A DNA stretch of 64,000 bases from Burkholderiales bacterium (GCA_030833315.1 JAURHM010000001.1:50233-114232); one strand, 5' to 3'; shown: positions 8,205 through 18,815, counted from the first letter of the stretch. Notes: a model not told the origin generated them from the letters alone. Translations and numbers: made by a program.

Positions 8205-11200
8205 ATGACCGCCCGCCTCAGAGAAATCCCCTACAACTACACCTCGTTCTCGGATCGCGAGATCGTGATCCGGCTGCTTGGCGCCGAACGCTGGCAACTG
8301 CTCAACGAACTGCGCGCGCAGCGTCGCACCGGACGTTCGGCAAAAATGCTTTACGAAGTGCTGGGCGACATGTGGGTCGTCAAGCGCAATCCGTACATCG
8401 AGGACGACCTGCTCGGCAACCGCAAACGGCGCACCGCGCTGGTGGAAGGCATGCGCAACCGGCTCAACAGCATAGACGCACGACATGACGGTGCGGACCA
8501 GCGGGTATCGGAGTTGCTGGAGGCGGCGAGGCGCGCGGTCGACGGTTTTGAAGCCGAATTCGAGAATACGCTGGCGTTGCGCCGGCGCGCGATGGCGCGG
8601 CTCGCACGCACCACGCGCCGCGACAATGTGCAATTTGATGGATTGGCCCGCGTCTCCCATGTCACCGACGCCACCGACTGGCGGGTGGAATATCCCTTCG
8701 TCGTCATCAATCCGGATACGGAAGAGGAAGTCCTTGAAGTCGTGCGCGCCTGCATTGAACTCGGACTGACCATCATTCCGCGCGGCGGCGGCACCGGCTA
8801 TACCGGCGGCGCGATTCCGCTGACACCGCTCTCGGCGGTGATCAACACTGAAAAACTTGATGCCCTTGCAGCCATTGACCGCGTTGCACTACCCGGTGTG
8901 GCGTCCCGCGTCCCGGTCCTGCGCTGCGGTGCGGGCGTGGTGACCCGGCGGGCGATGGAAGCCGCGGAATCCGCGGGGCTGGTGTTTGCCTGCGACCCGA
9001 CGTCGGCCGACGCCTCCTGCATCGGCGGTAACGTCGCGATGAATGCCGGCGGCAAAAAAGCCGTGTTGTGGGGCACCGCGCTCGACAACCTCGCGTCCTG
9101 GAAAATGGTCACGCCGGATGCGCAATGGATGCTGGTCGAGCGCCTTGATCACAATCTCGGCAAGATCCACGACCTCGCCACCGCGCGCTTTCGCGTCACG
9201 CGTTACGCGCGCGACGGTAAAACGGCCGACGGCGCACCCGAAATTCTCGAAATCCCCGGCTCGACCTTCCGCAAGCGCGGCCTCGGCAAGGATGTCACGG
9301 ACAAGGTGCTGGGCGGACTGCCCGGCATCCAGAAGGAAGGCTGCGACGGCATCATCACCCAGGCGACCTTTGTCCTGCATCGCATGCCGCCCGCAGTCCG
9401 TACCGTGTGTCTGGAGTTCTTCGGCCAGGTCAGCGAAGCCGTGCCTTCGATTGTCGAAATCAAGCGCTATGTCGACGGCAACCCCGACGCCATTCTCGCC
9501 GGCCTCGAACATCTCGACGCGCGATATGTAAAAGCCGTCGGTTACGCGACCAAATCGCGACGCGCCGGCCGTCCGAAAATGGTGCTGGTCGGCGACATCG
9601 TCGGCGAAAACGAAGACGCCGTGGCCGCCGCCGCCTCGCAGGTGGTGCGCATCGCCAACGCCCGCGGCGGCGAAGGGTTCATCGCGGTGTCGGCGGAATC
9701 GCGCAAGACTTTCTGGCTCGACCGCGCGCGTACGGCAGCCATCGCGCGCCACACCAATGCCTTCAAGATCAATGAAGACGTGGTCATCCCGCTGGAGCGG
9801 CTGGGTGATTATTCCGACGGCATTGAACGCATCAATATCGAACTTTCGATCCGCAACAAGCTGCGCATCCTCGATGCCGCCGAAGCCGTGATTGCCGGCG
9901 AACTGCCGGTTTTACAGACCGAGCCCGGCGTTTCTGCGGCGGATGTTCTCGGCGACCGCGTCGAACGCGCACAGGCACTGATTGCAGATGCGCGCAGCCG
10001 CTGGACGTGGTTGCTGGCGCATATGGACGACCCGGTCGACAAGCTGAAGCCGGCACCGCATCAACTGCCTGACGCAGCACTGCAGCGCGCCGCCGGACAG
10101 ACCCTGTTCCACGCCCTGCAGGACCACACGCTGCGGGTATCGTGGAAAGAGGAAGTGCGACTGCACCTCGCGGGCATTTTCAGCGGCAGGCCTTTTGCCA
10201 AAGTGATGGAGGCCATCGACGAAGCCCACCGCCAGACCCTGCGCGGCCGCGTCTTCGTCGCGCTGCACATGCACGCCGGCGACGGCAATGTGCACACCAA
10301 TATCCCCGTCAACTCCGACAACTACGAAATGCTGCAGGAAGCCGCCGAAGCGGTGGCTCGCATCATGCGACTGGCAGAATCGCTGGACGGCGTGATCTCC
10401 GGCGAGCACGGCATCGGCATCACCAAGCTGGAATTCCTGCCGCCGGAACGCATTGCCGCGTTCCAGGCCTATAAACAGCAGGTGGATCCGCAAGGCCGCT
10501 TCAACAAGGGCAAGCTGATGGCGGGCGCAGACCTCGGCAACGCCCACACGCCGAGCTTCTCGCTGCTCGGCGCGGAAAGCCTGATTCTCGAACATTCCGA
10601 TGTCGGCTCGATTGCGAATTCGGTCAAGGACTGCCTGCGCTGCGGCAAATGCAAACCGGTCTGTGCCACCCATGTGCCGCGCGCCAACCTGCTTTACAGC
10701 CCGCGTAACAAGATCCTTGCCACGAGTCTGCTGATCGAAGCTTTCCTTTACGAAGAACAGACCCGCCGCGGCATTTCGCTGGAGCATTTCGACGAATTCG
10801 GCGACGTCGCCGATCACTGCACGGTCTGTCACAAATGTGCAAACCCCTGCCCGGTGGACATCGACTTCGGCGACGTGTCGGTGGCGATGCGCAATTTTCT
10901 GCGGCAGCACGGCAAGCGGCGTTTCAACGCCGGCGCGAAGGCATCGATGTTTTTCCTCAACGCCACCGAGCCGCGCACCATCAACGTCGCGCGCAAGCTG
11001 ATGATCGACTGGGGTTACCGCGCGCAGCGACTGGCCGCCAAGACCGCAAAAACGCTGGGCCTGACCGGTGAACAGACCCGGCAGCCGCCGGCCACCACCG
11101 GTAAACCGGCGATCCGCGCGCAGGTCATCCACTTCATCAACAAGCCGATGCCCGGCGGGCTTCCGAAAAAAGCCTCCCGCGCGCTGCTTGATATCGAAGA

Positions 11201-12035
11201 CGCGCGCATGGTGCCGGTGATCCGTGATCCGGCGAAAGTCACCGAGGATTCGGATGCGGTGTTTTATTTCCCGGGCTGCGGCTCGGAACGCCTGTTCAGC
11301 CAGGTCGGCCTGGCCACCCAGGCCATGCTCTTCGACCTTGGCGTGCAGACTGTGCTGCCGCCGGGTTATCTGTGCTGCGGCTACCCGCAGACCGCCGCCG
11401 GTGAAGAAGCCAAGGGGCATGCGATCACCACCGCCAATCGTGTGCTGTTCCATCGCGTCGCGCACACGCTGAACTACCTCGATATCAAAACGGTGATCGT
11501 TTCCTGCGGCACCTGCATGGACCAGCTGCAGAAATACGAATTCGGAAAAATTTTCCCCGGCTGCCGCCTGCTCGACATCCACGAATACCTGCTCGAGCGC
11601 GGCGTGAAACTCGAAGGCGTCAGCGGCACGCGCTACATGTATCACGACCCCTGCCATTCGCCGATGAAAACGCATTCGCCGATGAAAGTGGTGAACGCGC
11701 TGATGGCCTCGCCGGTTGCACTGAACGAACGCTGCTGCGGCGAATCGGGCACGCTGTCAGTGACGCGGCCGGACGTTTCGACGCAAGTGCGCTTCCGCAA
11801 GGAAGAGGAAATGCGGCGCGGCGCGGCGAAGCTGCGCGAAGGTGGCGATGGCCCGCTGAAAATCCTCACCTCCTGCCCTTCATGCCTGCAGGGCCTGGCG
11901 CGTTTCACGCCCGATACTGCGGTGGAAGCGGATTACATCGTGGTGGAAATGGCGCGTCATCTGCTCGGCGCCGACTGGATGGAAAACTATGTGGCGCGCG
12001 CCAACAACGGCGGCATCGAGCGCGTTTTGCTGTGA
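8205..12035 (+). CDS. DUF3683 / FAD-linked oxidase (GlcD-like) / 4Fe-4S plus CCG-domain (GlcF-like) fusion oxidoreductase
   Basis: N-terminal [19 protein letters not shown]_binding_4-like [19 protein letters not shown]. Two ferredoxin motifs [11 protein letters not shown] and [12 protein letters not shown]. Two Cys-rich CCG blocks (YFPGCGSE...LCCGYP, YHDPCHS...RCCGESG). Confidence 0.9.
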   Translation: MTARLREIPYNYTSFSDREIVIRLLGAERWQLLNELRAQRRTGRSAKMLYEVLGDMWVVKRNPYIEDDLLGNRKRRTALVEGMRNRLNSIDARHDGADQRVSELLEAARRAVDGFEAEFENTLALRRRAMARLARTTRRDNVQFDGLARVSHVTDATDWRVEYPFVVINPDTEEEVLEVVRACIELGLTIIPRGGGTGYTGGAIPLTPLSAVINTEKLDALAAIDRVALPGVASRVPVLRCGAGVVTRRAMEAAESAGLVFACDPTSADASCIGGNVAMNAGGKKAVLWGTALDNLASWKMVTPDAQWMLVERLDHNLGKIHDLATARFRVTRYARDGKTADGAPEILEIPGSTFRKRGLGKDVTDKVLGGLPGIQKEGCDGIITQATFVLHRMPPAVRTVCLEFFGQVSEAVPSIVEIKRYVDGNPDAILAGLEHLDARYVKAVGYATKSRRAGRPKMVLVGDIVGENEDAVAAAASQVVRIANARGGEGFIAVSAESRKTFWLDRARTAAIARHTNAFKINEDVVIPLERLGDYSDGIERINIELSIRNKLRILDAAEAVIAGELPVLQTEPGVSAADVLGDRVERAQALIADARSRWTWLLAHMDDPVDKLKPAPHQLPDAALQRAAGQTLFHALQDHTLRVSWKEEVRLHLAGIFSGRPFAKVMEAIDEAHRQTLRGRVFVALHMHAGDGNVHTNIPVNSDNYEMLQEAAEAVARIMRLAESLDGVISGEHGIGITKLEFLPPERIAAFQAYKQQVDPQGRFNKGKLMAGADLGNAHTPSFSLLGAESLILEHSDVGSIANSVKDCLRCGKCKPVCATHVPRANLLYSPRNKILATSLLIEAFLYEEQTRRGISLEHFDEFGDVADHCTVCHKCANPCPVDIDFGDVSVAMRNFLRQHGKRRFNAGAKASMFFLNATEPRTINVARKLMIDWGYRAQRLAAKTAKTLGLTGEQTRQPPATTGKPAIRAQVIHFINKPMPGGLPKKASRALLDIEDARMVPVIRDPAKVTEDSDAVFYFPGCGSERLFSQVGLATQAMLFDLGVQTVLPPGYLCCGYPQTAAGEEAKGHAITTANRVLFHRVAHTLNYLDIKTVIVSCGTCMDQLQKYEFGKIFPGCRLLDIHEYLLERGVKLEGVSGTRYMYHDPCHSPMKTHSPMKVVNALMASPVALNERCCGESGTLSVTRPDVSTQVRFRKEEEMRRGAAKLREGGDGPLKILTSCPSCLQGLARFTPDTAVEADYIVVEMARHLLGADWMENYVARANNGGIERVLL

Positions 12036-12038
12036 TGC

Positions 12039-13721
12039 GTGACATCCGTCACACGGGAAGACACGGCAGTTGTCATGGATCAGCGACATATGCCATATTT
12101 ACTTGTCCCGCCCGCCCAACAACCGGATTATTCGTACCCGCTCCATTTGGGGTACGTCATGGCTACCGTCTTGAGTGCTAAACAGGGTTTGCTGAAAATC
12201 GCCGACGCTTCTGCAGCGCGGGTGTTTATTGCCCAGCTGACGGGCGCAACGCCTGCGCAACGACAGGCGCAACTGCTGATGCAGTTGCAATTGCTCAATG
12301 AAGCCGGCGTCACCGGTACACCCCGCCTGCAGGTTCTGGAACTGCTGCGCGAGACGACGCTGGAAGCCCAGCACGCCCGCAGCAAAGAGTGCTGGGGCCG
12401 CCCAGTGCCTTTCGACCACGAGACGCGCGACATTTTCAATCGCAGCATTTCGCTCTGGCGCGCACTGGCTGATGCCTACGAATCGCTGATCACCGACATG
12501 GCGGAATCCTCCCCGGAGGTCGCTGGGCACGCCGCACTGGTGTGTTACCGCGCATTGCGCTACACAGGCTTCGGCATGAACGCCTACAACCGCGCTTACC
12601 ATGCAGTTCCCGGATTCCTGTGGGAGCAGCTGCACTGCCTGTATGCCTTCGCCGAAAGCGCGGGCATCATTGATACGCCGGTCGCCGAAAGCGCCGACGG
12701 CAAGAGCACGGTCAATCTGGCATATCTGCACATCGTTCTGACCCAGTGCGCGAGCCCTGACTCGCTTTCGCTTTTGCAGATGGATATCATCGACCGGGCG
12801 CTGGCACAGTGGGTACCGCTGGGCGGGATATCGATGACGCCTGTCGCCACCGACGCCAATGTGGCCCTGGGCATCGACCTTGGCTCATCGGAAGGCGCTC
12901 ACCGCCTGAAAAATCTCAAGGGCAACAATCTGCGCTATCTCGATCTTGAAAAAATCGGTGACAAACTGCGCAAGACCGCGGTCGCCCTGAAAAGCCAGAG
13001 CCCCGACAAACTGGGGCTGGGGCCAGTTCCGCGTGAAGCCTGCGAAAGGCTGATGCTCCACCTGCATTCCCAATGGATCGCACCGGGCACCGGTCGCGTT
13101 GATGAGCGCAAGGTGGTTTCCTTCAATGCGCTGGTTTCTTACACGATGGCGGCCATGCATTACAACATCAGCGGCAAGCCCTTCTCGGCACCTGATGCAG
13201 GACTGCATTCCCGAGCGCGTTTCGAGATGGCCGGATTTCAGCGTGTTGACGGGCCTGTTGTTGGTGAAGCTTCGGTACGCAGCCGCACGCTGGAAACCTG
13301 GACGGTCGTGAACCAGAGCGCATCCGGCATCCTCGGCATGTGCCATAAACTCACTGAAAACACGCGTCTCACCCACAACCAGTTGCTGGGCCTGGTCGCA
13401 CCCAACGGCAATAACTATCTGGGTTTCGTGCAGCGGCTGAGCGTCGATACCGAAGGCATGACCTGGCTCGGCCTACGGCTGCTGCGTGCGAAAGTACAGC
13501 CCATCGCCGCACGTGTCGCCGACAACCAGACTCCCTATGACAGGGCTTTGCTGCTGGCCGACGTTCCTGGCGGCGAACCGCAGACTGTGTTGGTAGCGCC
13601 CGGCACTTACAGCCCCGGCCGCGTTCTTGATATCCACGACGGTAAACCGCGGCAGATCCGGTTGACCGCACTACTTGAAAGTGGCTCTAATTTCGAGCGC
13701 GTCACCTACAACACAGCCTGA
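12039..13721 (+). CDS. hypothetical protein, C-terminal PilZ-like beta-barrel (non-canonical)
   Basis: 560-codon ORF beginning 3 nt after the upstream stop. Start uncertain (GTG 12039, ATG 12075, 12090 or 12159). I recognise no family for the first ~400 aa. The tail TWTVVNQSASGILGM...LLGLV...YLGFVQRLSV...WLGLRLL resembles PilZ (NxSxxG) but lacks a canonical RxxxR. Confidence 0.6.
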   Translation: MTSVTREDTAVVMDQRHMPYLLVPPAQQPDYSYPLHLGYVMATVLSAKQGLLKIADASAARVFIAQLTGATPAQRQAQLLMQLQLLNEAGVTGTPRLQVLELLRETTLEAQHARSKECWGRPVPFDHETRDIFNRSISLWRALADAYESLITDMAESSPEVAGHAALVCYRALRYTGFGMNAYNRAYHAVPGFLWEQLHCLYAFAESAGIIDTPVAESADGKSTVNLAYLHIVLTQCASPDSLSLLQMDIIDRALAQWVPLGGISMTPVATDANVALGIDLGSSEGAHRLKNLKGNNLRYLDLEKIGDKLRKTAVALKSQSPDKLGLGPVPREACERLMLHLHSQWIAPGTGRVDERKVVSFNALVSYTMAAMHYNISGKPFSAPDAGLHSRARFEMAGFQRVDGPVVGEASVRSRTLETWTVVNQSASGILGMCHKLTENTRLTHNQLLGLVAPNGNNYLGFVQRLSVDTEGMTWLGLRLLRAKVQPIAARVADNQTPYDRALLLADVPGGEPQTVLVAPGTYSPGRVLDIHDGKPRQIRLTALLESGSNFERVTYNTA

Positions 13722-13748
13722 ACCGGCGCCTCCTGACCCGGGGGCGGC

Positions 13749-14048
13749 ATTGTTTTCAGCCGACTATGCTACGGCGCGCGCACGTTTCCGCGCCTGCTTC
13801 CCGGCATTGATCTGAAGTTCGTCCTGCAGGAAATCGGCACCTGGTCATCGCTGCATGTCTTGCAGGCGCTGCGCGACGAAAATCGCTGGCACCACCATGG
13901 CGGCGGGCGTCTTGATCACCCCGAAAAAAGGCAACTCCGTGAAGCGTTATGCCCGGCCTCAACGGGATGGCGCAACGCGGCAGTCGCAAACGGCCGCGAT
14001 CTGGTTTATCGTGCGGCGGATTACCTGTTCGGGAGAAGTAGGGCATGA
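13749..14048 (+). pseudogene. possible internally deleted DUF2817-like (M14-peptidase-related) gene remnant, or a small ORF coupled to the HIT gene
   Basis: Frame open 13737-14048. Reads LFSADYATARARFRA... then ...LQALRDENRWHHHGG...KRQLREALCPASTGWRNAAV. From memory, this resembles the N-terminus and C-terminus of DUF2817 proteins with the ~250-aa core missing. The stop TGA overlaps the HIT ATG (ATGA). Confidence 0.3.
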
Positions 14049-14452
14049 ACTGCGAGTTGTGTACAACGCCCGGCGGAACCTTCCTCTGGGAAGACCCGCG
14101 CTGCCGCGTCGTCCAGGCCGATGAGCCGGGGTATCCGGGATTCTGCCGGGTTATCTGGAAATCCCATGTGCGCGAGATGACCGATCTGTCGCTGGCTGAC
14201 CGTCTTCATTGCATGAATGTGGTTTTCGCCGTTGAACGCGCGATGCGCGATGCGCTGTCCCCGGCAAAAATCAATCTCGCCAGCCTGGGCAATTTTGTGG
14301 CACATGTACACTGGCATGTAATTCCGCGTTTTACCGATGATCCCCATTTTCCGCAGCCGGTCTGGGCAACGCGTCAGCGCGACAACCGTACTGCGCCATT
14401 GAACCTGGGCGCACTGGCGGAAAAGATTTGTGCGGAATTAATGCAGCTTTGA
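14045..14452 (+). CDS. HIT (histidine triad) family protein
   Basis: Histidine-triad motif HVHWHVIPRF. Size 135 aa. Confidence 0.85.
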   Translation: MNCELCTTPGGTFLWEDPRCRVVQADEPGYPGFCRVIWKSHVREMTDLSLADRLHCMNVVFAVERAMRDALSPAKINLASLGNFVAHVHWHVIPRFTDDPHFPQPVWATRQRDNRTAPLNLGALAEKICAELMQL

Positions 14453-14475
14453 ACGAAGCCGGGGCTTAGGGAAAA

Positions 14476-15801
14476 CTAGGCGCTGCGGGCAGCCTGGACA
14501 GTGCTGCGCTTTTCGTCAACACGGCTTGCGGGGAATACGACACTGAAACAACTGCCCCGCCCGGGCTCGCTGGTCACCTCCAGCTTTGCGTCGTGCCGGT
14601 TGACCACATGCTTGACGATCGCCAGTCCGAGTCCGGTGCCGCCGGTTTCACGCGAACGACCGCGGTCAACGCGGTAAAACCGTTCAGTCAGTCTCGGCAG
14701 ATGCTGTGCTTCGATGCCGATGCCGGTATCACGCACCGAAAATACCGCACCGCCGTCGGCGCCTGCCTTCCATGACAAACGGACCTCGCCACCGGCCGGC
14801 GTGTAGCGGATGGCGTTGCTGACCAGATTGCCGAAGGCGCTGCGCAACTCGTCTTCCGCACCGTTGACCCACGCCGGACTCTCCAGCAGCAACATGACCT
14901 TGTGGCGAGCAGATGACAGTGCCAGCGCATCGTGATACAGGCCGCGCGCAATATCCGGGACATTCACCGGCTCTTCGCGCGCCGGATTGCCTTCGGATTC
15001 GAGTCGCGACAGCGTCAGTAGATCCTCGACCAGCGTCTGCATGCGTTTGGCCTGGTCGCTCATCAGCGGCACCGAACGGCAGATCAGTTCCGCATTCGGT
15101 GTCTCCATATCGGCGATGGTTTCGAGAAACCCGCCGATCACCGTCAGCGGTGTGCGCAGTTCATGCGACACATTGGCGACAAAATCACGACGCATGGTTT
15201 CGACGCGTTCGCGATCCGTGACGTCGCGGCTGATGATCAGCTTCCGGTTTTCCTCATAGGGAACAATCAGCACCGACAGCACCAGATCGCCGCCATGCGC
15301 ACGAAGGGTAAGCGGCTCGGTATAACTGCCACCCAGCGCTTCCGCAAACTCTGGCTGCCGGGCCAGATGCGTCACCAGCTGTCCGAAGTCACGCTTGGCA
15401 TCAAGCCCGAAATGCTGCTCGGACTTCGGGTTGCACCACTCGATACGATTGGACCCGTCGAGAATGACCAGTCCGTCGGGCATGGCCATACCTGCGCGCT
15501 GGAAGTCATGCAGCGTGGCGGTCAACTTGGATTCGCTGCGCCGTTGCCGGCGGAGCATATGATAAAACGCCGCGAATACATCTTCCCAGATGCCGCTGCC
15601 GGAAGGCAGTGCTTCGGGTCGGGGGTCAGCAAGCCACTTCGACAATCGCGCCAAGTGGCGCGCATGGTGCAACACCATCAGCAACAGCGTGCCGGCAACC
15701 AGAGACAGCGCAACAACAATGCCGTCAACCATCCAGGCCGCGACAGCGAAACCCGCGAGCAACGCCAAGCGAAAAGCCAACGGCCACCAGATTCCGCTCA
15801 T
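14476..15801 (-). CDS. phoR: phosphate regulon sensor histidine kinase PhoR
   Basis: Two N-terminal TM segments, PAS region, H-box FVANVSHELRTPLT, N/G boxes (NLVSNAIRYT, DTGIGI, GGTGLGLAIVKH). Directly downstream of phoB. Confidence 0.9.
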   Translation of the reverse strand: MSGIWWPLAFRLALLAGFAVAAWMVDGIVVALSLVAGTLLLMVLHHARHLARLSKWLADPRPEALPSGSGIWEDVFAAFYHMLRRQRRSESKLTATLHDFQRAGMAMPDGLVILDGSNRIEWCNPKSEQHFGLDAKRDFGQLVTHLARQPEFAEALGGSYTEPLTLRAHGGDLVLSVLIVPYEENRKLIISRDVTDRERVETMRRDFVANVSHELRTPLTVIGGFLETIADMETPNAELICRSVPLMSDQAKRMQTLVEDLLTLSRLESEGNPAREEPVNVPDIARGLYHDALALSSARHKVMLLLESPAWVNGAEDELRSAFGNLVSNAIRYTPAGGEVRLSWKAGADGGAVFSVRDTGIGIEAQHLPRLTERFYRVDRGRSRETGGTGLGLAIVKHVVNRHDAKLEVTSEPGRGSCFSVVFPASRVDEKRSTVQAARSA

Positions 15802-15844
15802 CCGGACAACCTGTGATTGAATGAATCCGGCATTCAGCCCCGGC

Positions 15845-16531
15845 TCAGTTCGTGGAAAAGCGGTAACCGGAACTACGCACGGTCTGAATCAGACGGTCAT
15901 GTCCGCTCGGTTCCAGCGCCTTGCGCAGTCGGCGGATATGCACGTCAACTGTTCGTTCCTCGACAAATACATGATCGCCCCAGACATGGTCCAGCAGCTG
16001 CGCTCGCGTGTAGACGCGCTCGGCGTGCGTCATAAAAAAATGCAGCAGGCGGAATTCCGTTGGCCCCAGCTGCAACGGTTGACCATTGCCAAGAACCCGG
16101 TGGCTGTTCGGATCCAGCTGCAATCCCGCAGCCTCGACCACATCATCAGTCGCCTGCGGCGAGCGCCGGCGCAGCACGGCTTTGACCCGGGCATTCAGCT
16201 CGCGCGGCGAAAACGGCTTGGTAATGTAGTCATCGGCGCCGGTTTCGAGTCCGGCCAGCTTGTCCTGCTCATCCGCCCTTGCAGTGAGCATGATCAGCGG
16301 CACCCCCTGGGTGCGCTTGTCGCCACGAAGGTGCCGGGCGAATTCCATACCGTTGATGCCGGGAAGCATCCAGTCGAGAACAATAAGATCCGGCAATTCT
16401 TCGCGGACCATTTGCATCGCCTGCTCCGCAGACTCGGCACGCAAGGTGCGATGCCCGGCGAGTTCCAGGTTGCAGGCGACCAGTTCCTGAATGGCTGGTT
16501 CGTCTTCCACAACCAGTATTGTTGCTGCCAT
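15845..16531 (-). CDS. phoB: phosphate regulon response regulator PhoB (OmpR family)
   Basis: [13 protein letters not shown] receiver domain with LDWMLPG, and a winged-helix C-terminus ([13 protein letters not shown]...[12 protein letters not shown]...[11 protein letters not shown]). Confidence 0.9.
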   Translation of the reverse strand: MAATILVVEDEPAIQELVACNLELAGHRTLRAESAEQAMQMVREELPDLIVLDWMLPGINGMEFARHLRGDKRTQGVPLIMLTARADEQDKLAGLETGADDYITKPFSPRELNARVKAVLRRRSPQATDDVVEAAGLQLDPNSHRVLGNGQPLQLGPTEFRLLHFFMTHAERVYTRAQLLDHVWGDHVFVEERTVDVHIRRLRKALEPSGHDRLIQTVRSSGYRFSTN

Positions 16532-16577
16532 GCATGCTCCAGAGGGGTTTTTACCCTCCGCATATTATGAACCTGTT

Positions 16578-16595
16578 GTTACGGCCGTATGACAG
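16578..16595 (-). promoter_or_regulatory. candidate Pho box upstream of phoB
   Basis: Minus strand reads CTGTCAT-ACGG-CCGTAAC: a perfect first 7-mer, a 4-nt spacer and a 4/7 second 7-mer. It is followed 8 nt later by CATAAT (16564-16569) and lies ~50-65 nt upstream of the phoB ATG. Confidence 0.5.
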
Positions 16596-16704
16596 TCAAC
16601 GGCTACTCATGTGCAAGTCCTTGGTGTACAAGCAGTTTTCTTGAATGCCGGCGGTCTCGGTTATGATGGCTGTCACTGCAACACCAACCGTATATGGAAC
16701 AATC

Positions 16705-17079
16705 ATGGCCGGACTGAACAAGGGTGTGCCCCTGCCCACCGAAATCACGCTGCATCAGGCGTCGCGCGCGCTGGAAATCGCTTTTGCCGACGGTAAAAGC
16801 TTCCGCCTGCCCTGCGAATTCCTGCGCGTCCATTCGCCCTCCGCCGAGGTGCGCGGCCACGGACCTGGGCAGGAAACGCTGCAGACCGGCAAAAAGGATG
16901 TGACCATCACTGCCGTTGAGCCTGTCGGCCAGTACGCCATCCAACTGCGCTTTTCCGACGGCCACGACACCGGCATCTATTCCTGGGACCTGCTCTACGA
17001 TTACGGCATCAAGCAGGAATCGATGTGGCAGGAATACCTGCAGCGCCTGCAGGAAGCCGGCGCCAGCCGCGAGGCCTGA
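16705..17079 (+). CDS. DUF971 (gamma-butyrobetaine hydroxylase-like N-terminal domain) protein
   Basis: [27 protein letters not shown]...[28 protein letters not shown] 16705 gives 124 aa. The track ORF begins at 16645. Confidence 0.75.
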   Translation: MAGLNKGVPLPTEITLHQASRALEIAFADGKSFRLPCEFLRVHSPSAEVRGHGPGQETLQTGKKDVTITAVEPVGQYAIQLRFSDGHDTGIYSWDLLYDYGIKQESMWQEYLQRLQEAGASREA

Positions 17080-17087
17080 ATTCAGTC

Positions 17088-17822
17088 ATGAGCAAAACCA
17101 CCGATTTCGGATTCCAGAAGGTCGCGGAGGACGAAAAAGCGCGCAAGGTCGCCGAAGTTTTTGATTCGGTCGCCTCGCGTTACGACCTGATGAACGATCT
17201 GATGTCTGCCGGCCTGCACCGCCTGTGGAAACGATTTGCGGTTGAACAAAGCCTGGTGCGCCCGGGACAGCGCGTGCTCGATGTCGCCGGCGGCACCGGC
17301 GACCTGACCAAACTGTTTTCGGAACGGGTCGGCCCCAGCGGCTCCGTTGTCATCACCGACATCAATGGTCCGATGCTGCGGCGCGGCCGCGACCGCCTGC
17401 TCGACAACGGGAAAATCATTCCAGCGGTGCAGTGTGATGCCGAGAAGCTTCCTTTCCCCGACGAATATTTCGACTGCGTCTGCGTCGCCTTCGGCCTGCG
17501 CAACATGACGCACAAGGATGCGGCCATCGCGGAAATGCGCCGTGTGTTGCGTGCCGGCGGCCGTTTGCTGGTACTGGAATTTTCGCGGGTGTGGCAGCCG
17601 CTGGCCCCGTTGTATGACACCTATTCCTTCCAGGTGCTGCCCCGGCTCGGCAAAATGATCACCAACGACGCAGACAGTTACCGTTATCTGGCGGAATCCA
17701 TCCGCATGCACCCCGATCAGGAAACCCTGAAAACCATGATGCAGGATGCCGGTCTGGAACGTGTTGAATATTTCAACCTTGCTGCCGGTGTGGTGGCTTT
17801 GCACCGCGGCATCCGCTTCTGA
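17088..17822 (+). CDS. ubiE: bifunctional demethylmenaquinone / ubiquinone biosynthesis C-methyltransferase UbiE
   Basis: [12 protein letters not shown]...[25 protein letters not shown]...[11 protein letters not shown]...[12 protein letters not shown] at 17088 inside track ORF 17025..17822. Confidence 0.92.
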   Translation: MSKTTDFGFQKVAEDEKARKVAEVFDSVASRYDLMNDLMSAGLHRLWKRFAVEQSLVRPGQRVLDVAGGTGDLTKLFSERVGPSGSVVITDINGPMLRRGRDRLLDNGKIIPAVQCDAEKLPFPDEYFDCVCVAFGLRNMTHKDAAIAEMRRVLRAGGRLLVLEFSRVWQPLAPLYDTYSFQVLPRLGKMITNDADSYRYLAESIRMHPDQETLKTMMQDAGLERVEYFNLAAGVVALHRGIRF

Positions 17823-17949
17823 AACATCCAAGTATCGCCGGCAAGACGTCATTCATTAGCGCTACTATTACAGTTTGCAATGAACAGCCGGCGATCCATC
17901 CCTATAATTGCGTTGTCCAAGTTGCACCCTTAACACGAGGAGCTCGAAC

Positions 17950-18807
17950 ATGAAAATCCTGATATCTGTGCTAGCCCTGTTTTGCGGACTTGCCATGGTC
18001 GGCGTTGAAGCCGAAGCTGCCAAGCGACTGGGTGGCGGCAAAAGCATGGGGACCCAGCGCAACACCACGCAACAGGCGGCGCCCAAAGCGCCAGCCCAGC
18101 AGCAACAGGCTCAGCAAGCCGGTGCACCGGCGCAACAACCTGCCACCGCGGCCGCACAGCCGGCGGGCAACAAGTGGCTGGGTCCGCTGGCCGGTCTGGC
18201 CATGGGCGCAGGCTTGATGGCCCTGTTCATGAACAACGGCATCGCCGGCGCACTTTCCGGTCTGTTGCTGGCGTTGGCCATTGCCGCCGTCGCGGTGCTG
18301 GTCTTCCGCGCCCTGCGCAGCCGCACCGCCCAGGCACCGATGCAATATGCCGGTCACCAGGGCACGGCCGCACCCGAGCCGATGGCCATGGGCGGTGCTG
18401 CCGCGCCGCAGTCCGTTGCTGCGACCGCCGGCCGCTGGCCCGCTGATTTCAACGCCGCAGAATTCCTGCGTCATGCCCGCCTGAACTTTGTTCGCCTGCA
18501 GGAAGCCAACGACAAACGTGACAGCAGCGCGCTCGCTGACTTTCTGACCACCGATCTGCTGACCGAAATCCAGGCGCAATGGCAAAGCGAAGGCGCGGCA
18601 AACGGCAAAACCGATGTCGTCACGCTGGAATCAGAAGTACTGGAAGTCGTCAGTGAGGGATTGTTGTATGTCGCCAGCGTGCGTTTCTCCGGCCTGATCC
18701 GTGAAGACGGCGCCGCTGAAGCGCAACCCTTCGCTGAAATCTGGCATCTCGAGAAACCGATGCGCGGCTCCGGCGGCTGGCTGGTTGCCGGGATCCAGCA
18801 GGCCTGA
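17950..18807 (+). CDS. Tim44-like domain protein with signal/TM segments and Gln/Ala-rich linker
   Basis: MKILISVLALFCGLAMVGVEA, low-complexity QQQQAQQAGAPAQQPATAAAQPAG, a second hydrophobic stretch, then a Tim44-like C-terminal domain (FNAAEFLRHARLNFVRLQEANDKRD...WHLEKPMRGSGGWLVAGIQQ). GAGGAG RBS before ATG 17950. Confidence 0.8.
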   Translation: MKILISVLALFCGLAMVGVEAEAAKRLGGGKSMGTQRNTTQQAAPKAPAQQQQAQQAGAPAQQPATAAAQPAGNKWLGPLAGLAMGAGLMALFMNNGIAGALSGLLLALAIAAVAVLVFRALRSRTAQAPMQYAGHQGTAAPEPMAMGGAAAPQSVAATAGRWPADFNAAEFLRHARLNFVRLQEANDKRDSSALADFLTTDLLTEIQAQWQSEGAANGKTDVVTLESEVLEVVSEGLLYVASVRFSGLIREDGAAEAQPFAEIWHLEKPMRGSGGWLVAGIQQA

Positions 18808-18815
18808 TTTCGGGC

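Noticed and set aside
9912-11675. 587-aa ORF on the minus strand inside the FAD/Fe-S oxidoreductase gene
   Set aside because: Antisense shadow ORF typical of high-GC DNA. The translation is Arg/Ala/Gly/His-rich with no recognisable motifs, whereas the plus-strand frame has clear FAD, 4Fe-4S and CCG motifs.
13836-13855. Sigma-54-like GGCAC...TGCA element
   Set aside because: The GG-to-GC spacing is 14 or 17 nt instead of the required 12, and no enhancer-binding protein gene is nearby.
13756-14124. ORFs 13756..14046 (minus) and 13855..14124 (plus) in the gap upstream of the HIT gene
   Set aside because: Arg/Pro-rich nonsense-like translations. The second overlaps the HIT gene out of frame. 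The alternative plus frame (13737-14048) is the only one with protein-like sequence.
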